A stretch of DNA of 64,000 nt from Octopus vulgaris (lineage: Eukaryota): positions 26,908,001 to 26,972,000 of the forward strand of contig OX597835.1 of NCBI GenBank assembly GCA_951406725.2, in the 5' to 3' direction. The position numbers and the translations under genes were made by a program. Shown piece by piece: positions 43,888 through 56,790 of this stretch (the first letter of the stretch is position 1; each line of letters starts with the position of its first letter). The notes below the pieces were generated by a model. It had not been told where the DNA came from and made no database searches. It worked only from the letters and a program-made list of their open reading frames with translations.

Positions 43888-44378
43888 AGGCGGCGAGTTG
43901 GTAGAATCGTTAGCACGTAAGGCGAAATGCTTAGCAGTATTTCGTCTGCCACTACGTTCTGAGTTCAAATTCCGCCGAGGTCGACTTTGCCTTTCATCCT
44001 TTCGGGGTCGATAAATTAAGTACCAGTTACGCACTGGAGTCGATGTAATCGACTTAATACCTATGTCTGTCCTTGTTTGTCCCCTCTATGCTTAGCCCCT
44101 TGTGGGTAATAAAGAAATAGGTATTTCGTCTGCCGTTACGTTCTGAGTTCAAATTCCGCTGAGGTCGACTTTGCCTTTCATCCTTTCGGGATCGATTAAA
44201 TAAGCACCAGTTACGCACTGGGGTCGATATAATCGACTTAATCTGTTTGTCTCTCTTTGTTTGTCCTCTCTGTGTCTAGCCCATTGTGGGTAGTAAAGAA
44301 ATAGGTATTTCATCTGTCGCTATGTTCTGAGTTCAAATTCCGCCGAGGTCGATTTTGCTTTTCATCCTTTCGGGGATT
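43888..44378 (+). mobile_element. SINE family B with one head and tandem 184-bp bodies
   Basis: Units start at 43937, 44121 and 44305. Confidence 0.9.
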
Positions 44379-44506
44379 ATTAATAACGGCAATAATACTT
44401 ATTTAATTTAAATTGATACCGGCTCACGATAGTATTGTCTTGAACGTTGCGGTTACTCTATGAAGGGGTCCCTAATTTGCATGTAATATATATGATCATA
44501 TATGTA

Positions 44507-44541
<35 letters not shown>

Positions 44542-45399
44542 TGCGTGTAGCTACAGACATGTTTATGTGGTTAATAAGTGTGTTTGTGTGTGTGTGCGTG
44601 TGTGTGTATATATCCATTACATATATATATCGGAGGTGTATAAAAAGGCAGACGTGAGATGGAGTTTCAGACGTTTCGGACAAAGGTCCATCTTCGAGTA
44701 AAAAAGAACACAATTTTATTATTTTGTTTCTGTCTCCCAGGTCAGAAACCACACACAAAAAATTATCCCTTCCTGAAAGAAGGGCGTTGTTCCACTCGCT
44801 AGAATCTTTCTTTCACGGTGACATACCAACTTGTATAATTTTTACTTTTGTACCCATAAATATAATTATTACCGGCAGAAACCACCAATAGTCTCTTTGT
44901 CTTCTGGAGTTTTTTACGCACACACACACACACACACATACACACACATACATATACTGAGGTACACACACAAACATATACACATACACATGCAAAGATA
45001 TAGATATAAATGTTGGGAAAAAGAGAAAATAGAAGGTGTAGATGGAAGAAGGTTGTAGAATATGTGGTAGAATGAGAAAATCGATGTCGCTAAAAAGAGC
45101 GAAATAAAACGCGAATAGCGTGTATTCAGAAAACAAAATATAGCAAACCAATAAAAACGTAAAAATAACAAACAAATACAAAAGTAAATATGAAAAATAA
45201 AATAAAATAAAATAAAATAAAAATATTGTCTATGAAGAAAGATGAAGAAATGTTTTGGCGAATCGGTGTGGAATGAGGAGCAGATAGAAAACGAAATTTG
45301 TGGCGACAAAGAAACGATAAAGAAATGAAAAAAAATAATAATAATAATGGCAGACGATAAAAAAATATGCATGATGGGAAGCTGTTTGGGAATGGGGTA

Positions 45400-46570
45400 G
45401 CGCTGGTGGCGGTTATGGCGGCGGCGGTGATGGTGGTGATGGAGGAGGTGGGGGCTATGAGAGCGTAGTATCGGCGGTGGTGGTGGTGGTGTCGGCGGTG
45501 GTGATGGTGATGGTGGTGGTGGTGGTGGTGGTTATGAGTTCGTAGTATCGGCGGTGGTGGTGGTGGTGTCGGCGGTGGTGATGGTGGTGGTGGTGGTAGT
45601 GGTAGTGGTGGTGGTGGTGGCGGTGGTGGTTGAGGTGGTGGTCGTTATGAGTTCGTAGTGTCGGTGGTGGTGGTGACATGGCGTTTTTTTGTTGGTGGTG
45701 GTGGTGGTAGTGGTGTTACTCTTGTGGTTGGCAGGGGTGGGATGTTAGTTGTGTGATGATAGTGATGTTGACGGTAGTGGTTCTGAGCTGTTGTTCTTGG
45801 TGGTGATGGTGGTGGTGGTGTTAGTGATTTGCAGTGATCGTTGTTGCGGTTGTGGAGATAGTGGTTGCCTGTTCTTGTTGTTGGTGGTGGTTCTGGTGCT
45901 GGTGCTGGTACTGGTGATGGTGGTGGTGGTGCTGATCATTATTATGGTGGTGATGGTGGGTTTGGGGGTGGTGATGGTGGGGATGGGGTGATGATGGTGG
46001 GGATGGGGGTGGTGAATTGGGTTTTATTGTGATAAAGGTTATTGAGGGTGGTGTAGTGTTGGTAATGAGGGTCTTCTTGTTGTTGTTGATAGTCGTGGCA
46101 GTCGTGATAGTAGCTGTGATGGAGTGGTGGTCGTGCTGGTGGTGGTTGTGCTGGTGGTGGTGGTCGTGATGGTGAAGGTGGTAGCGGTGGCAGTGATGAT
46201 GGAGTGGTGGTCGTGCTGGTGGTGGTGGTGATGGAGTGGTGGTCGTGCTGGTGGTGGTGGTGGTGGTGGTGGTGGTGGTCGTGATGGTGGTGGTCGTGAT
46301 GGTGGTGATGCTTGTAGTGTTGATGGTTGTTCTACTTGGTGGTGGCGGAGGTGTCGACGGTTGGCTCAGTAATGATGATGGTGGTGGTGATAATGATGTT
46401 GTTATAACGGCTGTTATCGTTTTTGCTCATGGCGGTGATGGTGGCGGAGTTGATTAAGATAATGGCGATCTTAGGGGTAACGTTAGTAGTAGTAGTTGTC
46501 GTAGTAGTAGCACCACCAGCAGCAGCAGTTATGAAGGTGGCATTGTCGATGTTTTTGGTGTTGGTGATGA
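45400..46570. repeat. Degenerate (GGT)n/(GAT)n tract
   Basis: Seen directly. Confidence 0.9.
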
Positions 46571-47016
46571 TATCGGCGGTGCTACTGATCGCCGTTGCTC
46601 ACAGCGAAAACTAAGACGAGAAAAACAACAAAAACATATTTTTAAAAACTTCAGAAACTTATCAGAAAATAATCATAAAATAGATATTATTACATTTAAT
46701 ACTGTTGTATAATGGTATGGTAAAGACATACCAAAATAATGGCGTCCAGAATAGCGGAAAACCCAAGCTAACGGCACTTTTACAATTTGTCGCACAGGAA
46801 AAAAATGGCGGAAGACGTTGCTTTGTTAACACTCACGGCCATCTTTTTTTTTCATTCTTTTATGCTTTTAAAAATTATTTTCTTTCATCAATGTTTTTTT
46901 TTTTAAATATTAAGCTGCAAATTTGCTTTAGATTCATCAGTCAATAAAATGCTGTTTATTATTCTATATCTCTACACTTCAAACCACAAATAAATAAACG
47001 GAAAAGAATAAACTGG

Positions 47017-47582
47017 CGCTCCGTCGGTTACGACGACGAGGGTTCTTGTTGATCCGATCAACGGAACAACCCGCTAGTAAAATTAACGTGCAAGTGGCTG
47101 AGTACTCCACAGACATGAGTAGCCTTAACGTAGTTTTCTGGGAGATTCAGTGTGACACAGAATGTGACAAAGTTGGCTCTTTGAATTACAAGTACAACAC
47201 ATTTTTGCCAGATGAATAAACTGGATCTAGGTGAGATAAAGGGACTTGCTTAAGGACACAACGCACTTCCGAGAATCGAACTCACGATCATATCCGAAGC
47301 ACTTAGCCACACACCACCAAATCTCGGCAGTTAATAAGTTTAAGAAGTGCTATTCATTAAAATACACCTATTTCTTTACTACCCACAAGGGACTAAACAT
47401 AGAGTGGACAAACAAGGACAGACAAACGGATTAAATCGATTATATCGACCCCAGTGCGTAACTGGTACTTATTTAATCGACCCCGAAAGGATGAAAGGCA
47501 AAGTCAACCTCGGCGGAATTTGAACTCAGAACGTAGCGGCAGACGAAATACGGCGTGTTAACGTTTCTGCAAGCTCGCCGCC
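47017..47582 (-). mobile_element. SINE E (47017-47300) and SINE B (47370-47582)
   Basis: Reverse-complement matches to other copies in the window. Confidence 0.85.
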
Positions 47583-47625
47583 TTTTATAAAAATATACCG
47601 CTGTTTCTTGATTACTGAAGTTTCG

Positions 47626-48006
47626 TGGAGGCGCAATGGCCCAGTGGTTAGGACAGCGGACACGCGGTCGTAGGATCGCGGTTTCGATTCCCAGATCGAG
47701 CGTTGTGAGTGTTTATTGAGCAAAAACACCTAAAGTGCCATGACGCTCCGGTAGGGGTGGTGGCGAAGCCTACTGTACTCTTTCACCACAACTTACTCTC
47801 ACTTTTTCTTTCTGTTTCTATTGTACCTGTATTTCAAAGGGCCGGCCTTGCCTCACTCTGTGTCACGCTGAATCTCCCCGGGAACTTCGTTAAGGGTATA
47901 CGTGCGTGTGTGTGTGGAGTGCTCAGCCACTTGCACGTTAATTTCACGAGCAGGCTGTTCCATTGATCGGATCAACCCACGTCGTCGTAACCGACGGAGT
48001 GCCACG
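47626..48006 (+). mobile_element. SINE family C, full length with TSD
   Basis: A and B boxes are present. TSD ACTGAAGTT at 47614-47622 and 48007-48015. Confidence 0.9.
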
Positions 48007-48390
48007 ACTGAAGTTGTGCCTTTGTTTAAGTAATAAATATATTCAAACATTTTTTAAATGCTTCGTAGACAGCGGAACACTTCCCAACAACGGAATCTCA
48101 AATACCTAACCACACCCTTATAGTGGAAGTTTACTATAATACCTGTAGCCTCGTTTAACGCTGATTTATTCATCGCTGATTCGGGACTACACGTTACGCT
48201 CAATAGTGAACCACTTCACGCTTATCACGGATTGATCCACGTTAACACGGATCGGCGATGAGTCGAATATGTCGCTTGTACCGAATAAATTCGCCCCAGC
48301 AACTACCCACGCAGCTCAGCTACCTGGAATGCACCGACTATCACTTGTGTTTACATGCCTGTGCTACAAGTTAGATGTGTGTGTGTGTGC

Positions 48391-48459
<69 letters not shown>

Positions 48460-48794
48460 TGTGATTGCGTGTCTGTGTTTGTCCTCCCACCATCGCTTGA
48501 CAACTGATCCTGGTGTGTTTACATCCCCGTAACTTAGTGGTTCGGCAAAAGAGTTCCGGTAGAGTAAGTACTAGGCTTGCAAAGAATAAGTCCTGCGGTC
48601 GATTTGTTCGACTAAAAGGCAGTGCTCCGGTTTCAAATTGACTGAAACAAGTAAAAGATTAAAAAGAGGATTGTCAAAATGATGTTGACGCCTCTGATGA
48701 GAAATTATAGCCAGCAACTGATTCTTGTTGCGACATTTCGTATCCGTTACGTCAGATGTAAACAAACAATGAGATCGAAGATGAAAAAAGTGTA

Positions 48795-48845
48795 ATGAGC
48801 GTATATTCCACATTTCGAGAGTTTTGCCCTCTCATCAGCGCCCAT
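48795..48845 (-). ncRNA. Type I hammerhead ribozyme with an intact core
   Basis: Minus strand: atgggcg-CTGATGA-gaggg caaaa ctctc-GAAATGT gga AT-ATA-cgctcat. Stem I is 7 bp, stem II is 5 bp and stem III is 4 bp, with cleavage triplet AUA. Confidence 0.75.
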
Positions 48846-48944
48846 CCATGAACACTTTGCTTAAGTAGTCACTGAATACAAGGGTTCGTGATCGCTCTTA
48901 AATTAGAATGGAATATTGCACATTTACTGATAAATTAATCATAT

Positions 48945-49750
48945 GTGGCTTAGTGGCTTAGTGTTCGGTTCACGATCGTAAGGTCGTCAGTTCGATTCCA
49001 GGTGGCGCGTTGTGTTCTTGAGCAAGATACTTTATTTCTGGTGCTCCAGTCCACTCTGCTGGCAAAAATGAGTATTATCTGTATTTCAAAGGTTCAGCTT
49101 TGTCACGTTGAGTCACACTGAATTTCCCGGAGAACTACATTAAGGGTACCCGTATCTGTGGAGTGCTCGGCCACTTGCACGTTAATTTCACGGGTAGTCT
49201 GTTCGATTGATCGCATCAACTAGAACAGTCGTCGTAGTCGTAACCGACGGAAATCCACGTCTGTTAGATGAGCACTTTGGTCCGAAGACTTAATTCATGA
49301 CTTCGTAGTGTGTTTACACCTATATTGTCTACGAGAAAAATTTCTTCTCTCGAGGCAACTTCTGCAGCGAATTGTCTTTTCATGTCCGAATGTACACGAA
49401 CATAATTAGTGAAATCGCATGGCTCAGTGTTAGAGTGTCGGGCTCACAGTCAAGAGGTAGTGAGTTTGATTCCCGGTACGGGCTGTGTGCTGTGTTCTTG
49501 AGCAAGACACTTTATTTCACGTTGTTCCTGTTCACTCAGCTGTAGAAATGAGTTGCGACGTCACTGGTACCAAGTTGTATCATCCTTTGATTTTGCCTTC
49601 GATAACATTGGTGGCATGGAGAGGGGAGGTTGGTATGCATGGGCGACTGCTGGTCTTACATAAACGACCTTGTCTGGACTTTTGCCTTGGAGGGGAACTT
49701 TCTAGGCGCAATCCCATGGTCATTCATGACCGAAGTGGGGTCTTTACTCT
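48945..49750 (+). mobile_element. SINE E (48945-49255) and SINE D (49417-49750)
   Basis: tRNA-like heads and a shared TGTGTTCTTGAGCAAGA middle module, with different tails. Confidence 0.85.
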
Positions 49751-50888
49751 TTTACATGACTTAATATAATTTCACGCTGCTCAGCGCGTCTTTAAATAAT
49801 AACTTAAGCACTGTTGTCGATAGAACCGACTGAAATAGAAACAGAAAAGGCAACGCTTCAAGATGGTACTCCAGCATGGCCAAAATTTGATGAATGAAAC
49901 CAGCAAAACAATAAAAAAAAATGCAAAAGAAGGACAGTGACAACGAAGTACTTTCTGTAAGTGTTAATGGTTTCCGAGAAGAGGCAGGAAGGGGAGAGGG
50001 GGGAAGTGGGGAGGAGAAGAAGAAGAAGAAGAAGAAGAAGAAGAAGAAGAAGAAGAAGAAGAAAAGAAGGAGAAAAAGGAGAAAAAGAAGAAGAAGAAGA
50101 AGAAGAAGAAGAAGAAGAAGAAGAAGAAGAAGAAGAAGAAGAAGAAGAAGAAGAAAAAGAAAACACTACAGAAATTATTATATCAAAAAATATATTAAAC
50201 ATTCGCACACACAGACACTGACAGATACACACTCACATATACATACCTATACATATACACACACATATATGTACACACACACATACACGTATGCATACAC
50301 GTGTGTGGGTGTGCTTCTATGCATGAGTACGCGCTCACGTTAATTTACTGTGCGCCGGCGTGTATTCGCGCGCGTGTGCACCTGGGTATCATGTGCGTCT
50401 ACATCAATCGATTGATAGATGGATATATACACATTCACAGGAAGATTCGGACATGATACTCATAGGTATAACTGCACACATGTATGTATGTATGTATGTA
50501 TGTATGTATGCATGTATGTATGTATGTATGTATGTATGTATGTATGTATGTATGTATGTATGTATGTATGTATGTATGTATGTATGTATGTTTGTATGTA
50601 TGTATGTATGTATGTTTTTGTATGTATGTATGTATGTATGTTTGTATGTATGTATGTATGTTTGTATGTATGTATGTATGTATGTATGCATGCATGTATG
50701 TATATATATATATATGTGTGTGTGTATATATATATATTGTATATTATATATGCACACACATATATATATAGGCATATATGTATATGCGTATATATATATA
50801 TATACACACATATATACATATATATATATATACACGTATATATATAGTGATATATATATACATATATATATATATGCATATATAAATG

Positions 50889-50958
<70 letters not shown>

Positions 50959-51796
50959 CATATATACATATACACAGAAAGCTTTTAAAACAAACAATCA
51001 GACAATAATATCGATCTCAAACAAATATACAAATATTCGTGGGGGAGGGGTTCGGGCAGGGCGGGGGGTGGCGTGGGTGAAGGGTGGGAGTAAAAATTTT
51101 TTTCTAATTGACATCTATTATTGACACGAGGCCAAAGATTTCGATGGTGAGTGTCACAATCGATAAAATCGACCTCATTGATCGAAATCGTTTAGGTTGC
51201 TTCCCCCTACCCCCACGCCACCTCTCCCACCCCACCCGAACCAATGCTCTTCGTTCTTACTTCGATTTAAATAAATACCTGGCTAGCTGGCACTTACTTC
51301 ATCTATCTCGTCCAAGGAAATATATATGCATATAATTTTGGCCCCTTTTAACCCCGAGGTCAACCGGCTTCACGTAGGGGCAGGTATAGCAGTCGCCGTG
51401 TGGTTTAGGAAATTTATTTTTAGAAAAAAACATCTGATTATAATAGAAAACATTTGAGTATACCTAGAGTTAGGTACCCCATTCTCTATCGACTTTGTTT
51501 CCTCATAACTTTCTTAAAAATGCATAGTCTTCAACGAAATTTGTTAGAGATGTTATTTCGAGGTTATAAATTGCCTCTATCGTTTATCATTATTTTTTAT
51601 TTGTTTCAAGTCTATGCATGAGTCTGTATGTGTGTGTATGCGCGTGCGCGCGTGTGCGTATATATATGTATTTTAGATATACATTATATATAATTATATT
51701 TCTATTTCTATATACACACACATATTTATACACATAAGTATATCTTATCTATTCCACCCTACATACATACATGATACATACATACATATAGGTATG

Positions 51797-51854
<58 letters not shown>

Positions 51855-51875
51855 AGCATAGATAAAGACAGACAA

Positions 51876-51916
<41 letters not shown>

Positions 51917-52323
51917 GTGTGTGCTGTGTGTTATGTGTATGCAGTGTACGCGCGAGGTGTAAGCACGTGCACATATGGTTTTGTAGTCTAGAATCGTGTT
52001 TCCCTACGGAATGGAAAGAAGTCATTCCTCATTACTGTTCCTTAAATTCCTTCAATTTTCTGTATTTTGGCTTAACACATATCAGCTGGCCCCTTATATA
52101 ATTTTCGCGGAATCTGATGCCACGCCTAGCAAGTTAAAGGGAGTATTTCGAGGGAGCAATTTGTAAACAAAATTCTCTCCCTCGGTACACGTTTTCAAAT
52201 ATTTGCTTTCCATTTGTTTTACTCCTAAAATTACTTTCAGAAACATTTAATGTTTGTATACGTATACATAAAAGCATATACAAATATACATACATACAAA
52301 CATACAGACACACAGACAGACAC

Positions 52324-52479
<156 letters not shown>

Positions 52480-52488
52480 GTAGATAGG

Positions 52489-52626
<138 letters not shown>

Positions 52627-52656
52627 TAGATATAGATATAAATTAAGATAACGGAA

Positions 52657-52746
52657 AGAGCTACCAATAGTTTCATGCCGTTATGATACTTGAACAGGCA
52701 TATTTATAAAATACGCCACGTATTTTAAAGCAATCGTGCAGGCTCT
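52657..52746 (-). ncRNA. Hammerhead motif in the 3' terminal region of a PLE (one-base insertion in the core)
   Basis: Minus strand: agagc-CTG(C)ACGA-ttgc...gcat-GAAACTATTG-GTA-gctct. Confidence 0.65.
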
Positions 52747-52959
52747 GTTTATGCGTTGTATATTTTAAAAACAAGGACGCTAGACAATGAAAAATATAAT
52801 TAGAAATATGGTAAAAACGTAAAGAAGATTGGTACAAAAACTGGACTAAGAAAAAAAGAAACGAAATGAGAACAACTAATTTCAGAAAGCCCATTAGATA
52901 CAACTGGTTTAGAGCAAAATAATATATGTCAAAGTCTGTGAAAGAGTAACTCAATCCGG

Positions 52960-53255
52960 AGCGGGTGGTGCATTCCAATTCGATGAAAGATACCTGTCCA
53001 TGTATCTACACCTGCTAAAAATTTCAGATCTTGAATTAAGCAGTACGTTGGAATTGCTGGATCGAAGAAGAATATGATATCTTTCTGCTTCGCTTAAGTT
53101 GCATTTTAAAGGTCCATTAACATATGGCTTGGATTTCTCCACTATTCCCCACTTAATTGTATGTGGTGTGGAGCTGCTCTTCAAATTCCATACGTATTCA
53201 GACGATACAGCGCTCTTTCTATTGGGGAAAAAGGCCGTCGCCATAACAATCATTT
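52960..53255 (-). pseudogene. Penelope-like element GIY-YIG endonuclease C-terminal remnant
   Basis: SEYVWNLK..IKWGIVEKSKPY.NG..KCNL..AERYHI...LLNSRSEIFSRCRY resembles the PLE C-terminal pattern SKYIW.LK...IKW.I...PY...CNLC..EK..I...LLNKRSE....CRH. Confidence 0.8.
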
Positions 53256-53557
53256 TCGGCAGCGCATTCGAAGCATACTACTGTCCAATCTATCCCTGGC
53301 GAGCTGGCAAAGCCGTTATCACGCCGGGCGAAATGCGTAGTCGTATTTCGTCTGCTTGCCGTGTCCCCAAAACATGTACCGAGAGTGATAAAGATCACTG
53401 ACAAGCTTCTTTCAGTTTCCGTCTACCAAATTCACTCACAAGGCTTTTGTGGGCCCGAGGGTGTTGTAGAAGACATGTGCGCAAGGTGCCACGCAGTGGG
53501 ACTGAACCCAGATCATGTGGTTCGAAAACAAACTTCTTACCACATAGCCACCCCTGC

Positions 53558-53637
<80 letters not shown>

Positions 53638-53946
53638 ATGTATGTATGTATGTATGTATGTATGTATGCATGTATATTCGCGTGTAGGTGTACATGCACA
53701 TATATATGTACATATATATACACACATAGATATTTATGTATATATGTGTGTATGTATGTATGTGTGTATATAAGTACGTATGTATGTAGGTATGTGTGTG
53801 TGTATATGTATATTAAATAGAAACATATGTGTGTAGATAAACAAGAAATTAAAAGGGGGGTTAAGTGTCAAGACCCTCCTGAGAACTGCAACCGCCTAAT
53901 CTGTCACACGTTGATCCTTTTCTCTATTCTTCTGTCGACCATTTAC

Positions 53947-54109
53947 CATTTCCCATTCCAACATAATAATTCCATTTAGGAAACATTTCGGTAATCCTAT
54001 CTCTTTTATGCATTTGGTTTATCTTGTTGCTGTTGTTGTTGTTCTTGTTGTCGTTGCTGTACTCATCGCCGTGGTAGTTGTGGACGTTGACTCTCGGAGC
54101 CAGCGTCAT
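53947..54109 (-). other. Candidate ATG-containing exon
   Basis: MTLAPRVNVHNYHG...PKWNYYVGMGN followed by a phase-1 donor atg|GTAAAT. Confidence 0.25.
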
Positions 54110-54522
54110 TTATTTTGGTTTTCTTTTGTATTTTTTGTATTGCGATTCCAGACCAATAGCGTCGGTCGGTGCTGACAGGTTTCCATCAGATCAATCGATG
54201 GTCCACTGAAGATTTGATGGTGAGAACGGTGATGAGGAAGACAAGAGTGTAACTCGGCGCACAACAAATATATGTAAAACAAAAAAATTCGGTCGAACAG
54301 CACACAACATTTTTGGTGTTCATTCTCGTGTGTTCGATCTGTCATCGATCGTACTTAGGAGCAAAATTAAAGACGTATTCATGCAAAAGAATCACTTGCG
54401 CGTGCGCGGGTGAGTACATACACACAGACACACAGATGCATTTATATACTTACGCAGATCTATATGCTTACACACACACACACACATACACACACACACA
54501 CGCACACATGTATATATAATAC

Positions 54523-54683
54523 AGGAGTGGCTGTGTGGTAAGTAGCTTGCTTACCAACCACATGGTTCCGGGCTCAGTTCCACTGCGTGGCACCTTGGGC
54601 AAGTGTCTTCTATTATAGCCTCGGGCCGACCAAAGCCTTGTGAGTGGATTTGGTAGACGGAAACTGAAAGAAGCCCGTCGTAC

Positions 54684-54746
<63 letters not shown>

Positions 54747-54760
54747 CATATATATATATA

Positions 54761-54814
<54 letters not shown>

Positions 54815-54940
54815 TGTATTTGTGTGCCTGTGTTTGTCACCCCACCATCTCTTGACATCAAGATGTTCGTGTGTTTGCATACCCATAATATTGCGGTTCG
54901 GCAAAAGAGACCGATAGAATAAGTACCGGGGTTACAAACA
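54523..54940 (+). mobile_element. SINE family A
   Basis: Head, (TA)n(TG)n and partial tail. A minus-strand head lies at 53405-53557. Confidence 0.9.
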
Positions 54941-55150
54941 ATAATACATGTACATATTTATGTATATATATATACATTAATATCAAGCAATGAGAATGAG
55001 TGCTCATTACCGCATTGGTGGCTGAAAATTATTTATTTTTGGTTAAGGCTACCATTGGTTTCATGTTTAAAGAGAAATCCCTTAACAATTATCAAACCTG
55101 CTACTGTAACCATCGTTATTCCTCTCTATCTTGGATTAAAACGATATATA

Positions 55151-55201
<51 letters not shown>

Positions 55202-55423
55202 TCAATATAGGGTGGCAAAAAAAATTTTGTAGAATTCTTTTGCCACCAGCGGCCTAGTGGGAAAAAATTAAATAGTCATAAACCATTTTTAAGTTCAACA
55301 TCAACAATCAAGGAACGGCCATAATAGGCCATTCACCCACTAGAAATAACAGCCAAAAGCTTTAACCGCAAAATAATGTCAATTTCGTAAACCAGGAGAA
55401 AATTGAAAAACATTTACCCTGTA

Positions 55424-55530
55424 ATTTCTTAGACGATGCACCGTTTCATCTTCTGTTTAATGGAAAACTAACCTGATTAAATTAAATCAAGCCAATCTAC
55501 CATAGGCCCTTAGATTCATCAGTAAGAAAT
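55424..55530 (-). ncRNA. Type I hammerhead ribozyme, intact (left arm)
   Basis: Reverse complement of 55804-55910. Confidence 0.8.
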
Positions 55531-55803
55531 AGCCAAAACCGGAACAGATATTTTCACGAGGCATTCTCATTGCTACCTCGTCAATATCTGACCTAAAATT
55601 TTCAAATCGTCGCAAATTTTTTTTGCCACCCTATATTGATTAATTATGAATTTTCTGGTTAATTCCGTAATGGAATCGGCGGCTTATATTTATTTGCTGC
55701 CGATAAATTTGGCGCGAGTGCGACGATTTGAAAATTTTAGGTCAGATATTGACGAGGTAGCAATGAGAATGCCTCGTGAAAAATATCTGTTCCGGTTTTG
55801 GCT

Positions 55804-55910
55804 ATTTCTTACTGATGAATCTAAGGGCCTATGGTAGATTGGCTTGATTTAATTTAATCAGGTTAGTTTTCCATTAAACAGAAGATGAAACGGTGCATCG
55901 TCTAAGAAAT
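55804..55910 (+). ncRNA. Type I hammerhead ribozyme, intact (right arm)
   Basis: atttctta-CTGATGA-atct[~60-nt hairpin]agat-GAAACGGTGCATC-GTC-taagaaat. Stem I is a perfect 8 bp, the triplet is GUC (55900-55902), and stem III is quasi-palindromic. Confidence 0.8.
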
Positions 55911-56313
55911 TACAGGGTAAATGTTTTTCAATTTTCTCCTGGTTTACGAAATTGACATTATTTTGCGGTTAAAGCTTTTGGCTGTTATTTCTAGTGGGTG
56001 AATGGCCTATTATGGCCGTTCCTTGATTGTTGATATATATATATATATATATATACAAAAAAAATAACCAACAAGAATGACTCCGGTAATTTGGTACAAT
56101 TGTTTCGCACTACAACATTTATTAAAAGTTGTAATTATTACAGCAGATTTAAGATGTTGAGTGCTCTTCAACCAAAAATATAGGTTTTCCAATAATATAA
56201 AAGCTTTTAAAAATATATATATAACGTAACAAGGAATTTGAATGAAACTGTTTTGATTCATACATGTAACTCCCAACGTATGTGTTGAGTGCCCTTCATT
56301 CGTTTGTCCATGC

Positions 56314-56401
<88 letters not shown>

Positions 56402-56651
56402 GTGTGTGTGTGTGTGTGTATACATATATATATATATACGAGACTAATAACAGCTACTAAGCTAAAATTTTGTAGTAACTGTCTACCTTCTCTTTGTAAA
56501 AATGAAATAAATGTCAAACACCTTTGGAAGTTATTGAGGGATCCTACATTTTTAAGATTTGGCTCTTTTCATAATAGCTCGACCCCCCCCCCACACACAC
56601 ACACACACGAACAGATACATGCACATATTTATGATATCTATTTCTCTCTTC

Positions 56652-56711
<60 letters not shown>

Positions 56712-56714
56712 ATG

Positions 56715-56766
<52 letters not shown>

Positions 56767-56790
56767 CATATATATATATGTACATATACT

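Larger units (their letters stand above)
55195..56034. mobile_element. Inverted-repeat element between (TA)n tracts, resembling a PLE inverted terminal repeat
   Basis: 55300-55614 is the reverse complement of 55719-56034 (one homopolymer indel seen). 55195-55225 is the reverse complement of 55617-55647. Confidence 0.9.

Noticed and set aside
46735-46812. YY1-like AAAATGGCGG motif suggesting a promoter
   Set aside because: The motif alone is insufficient and there is no TSS evidence.
54130-54225. Plus-strand exon-like segment (ttccAG...atg|GTGAGA)
   Set aside because: It has stops in all frames and I found no partner plus-strand exons.
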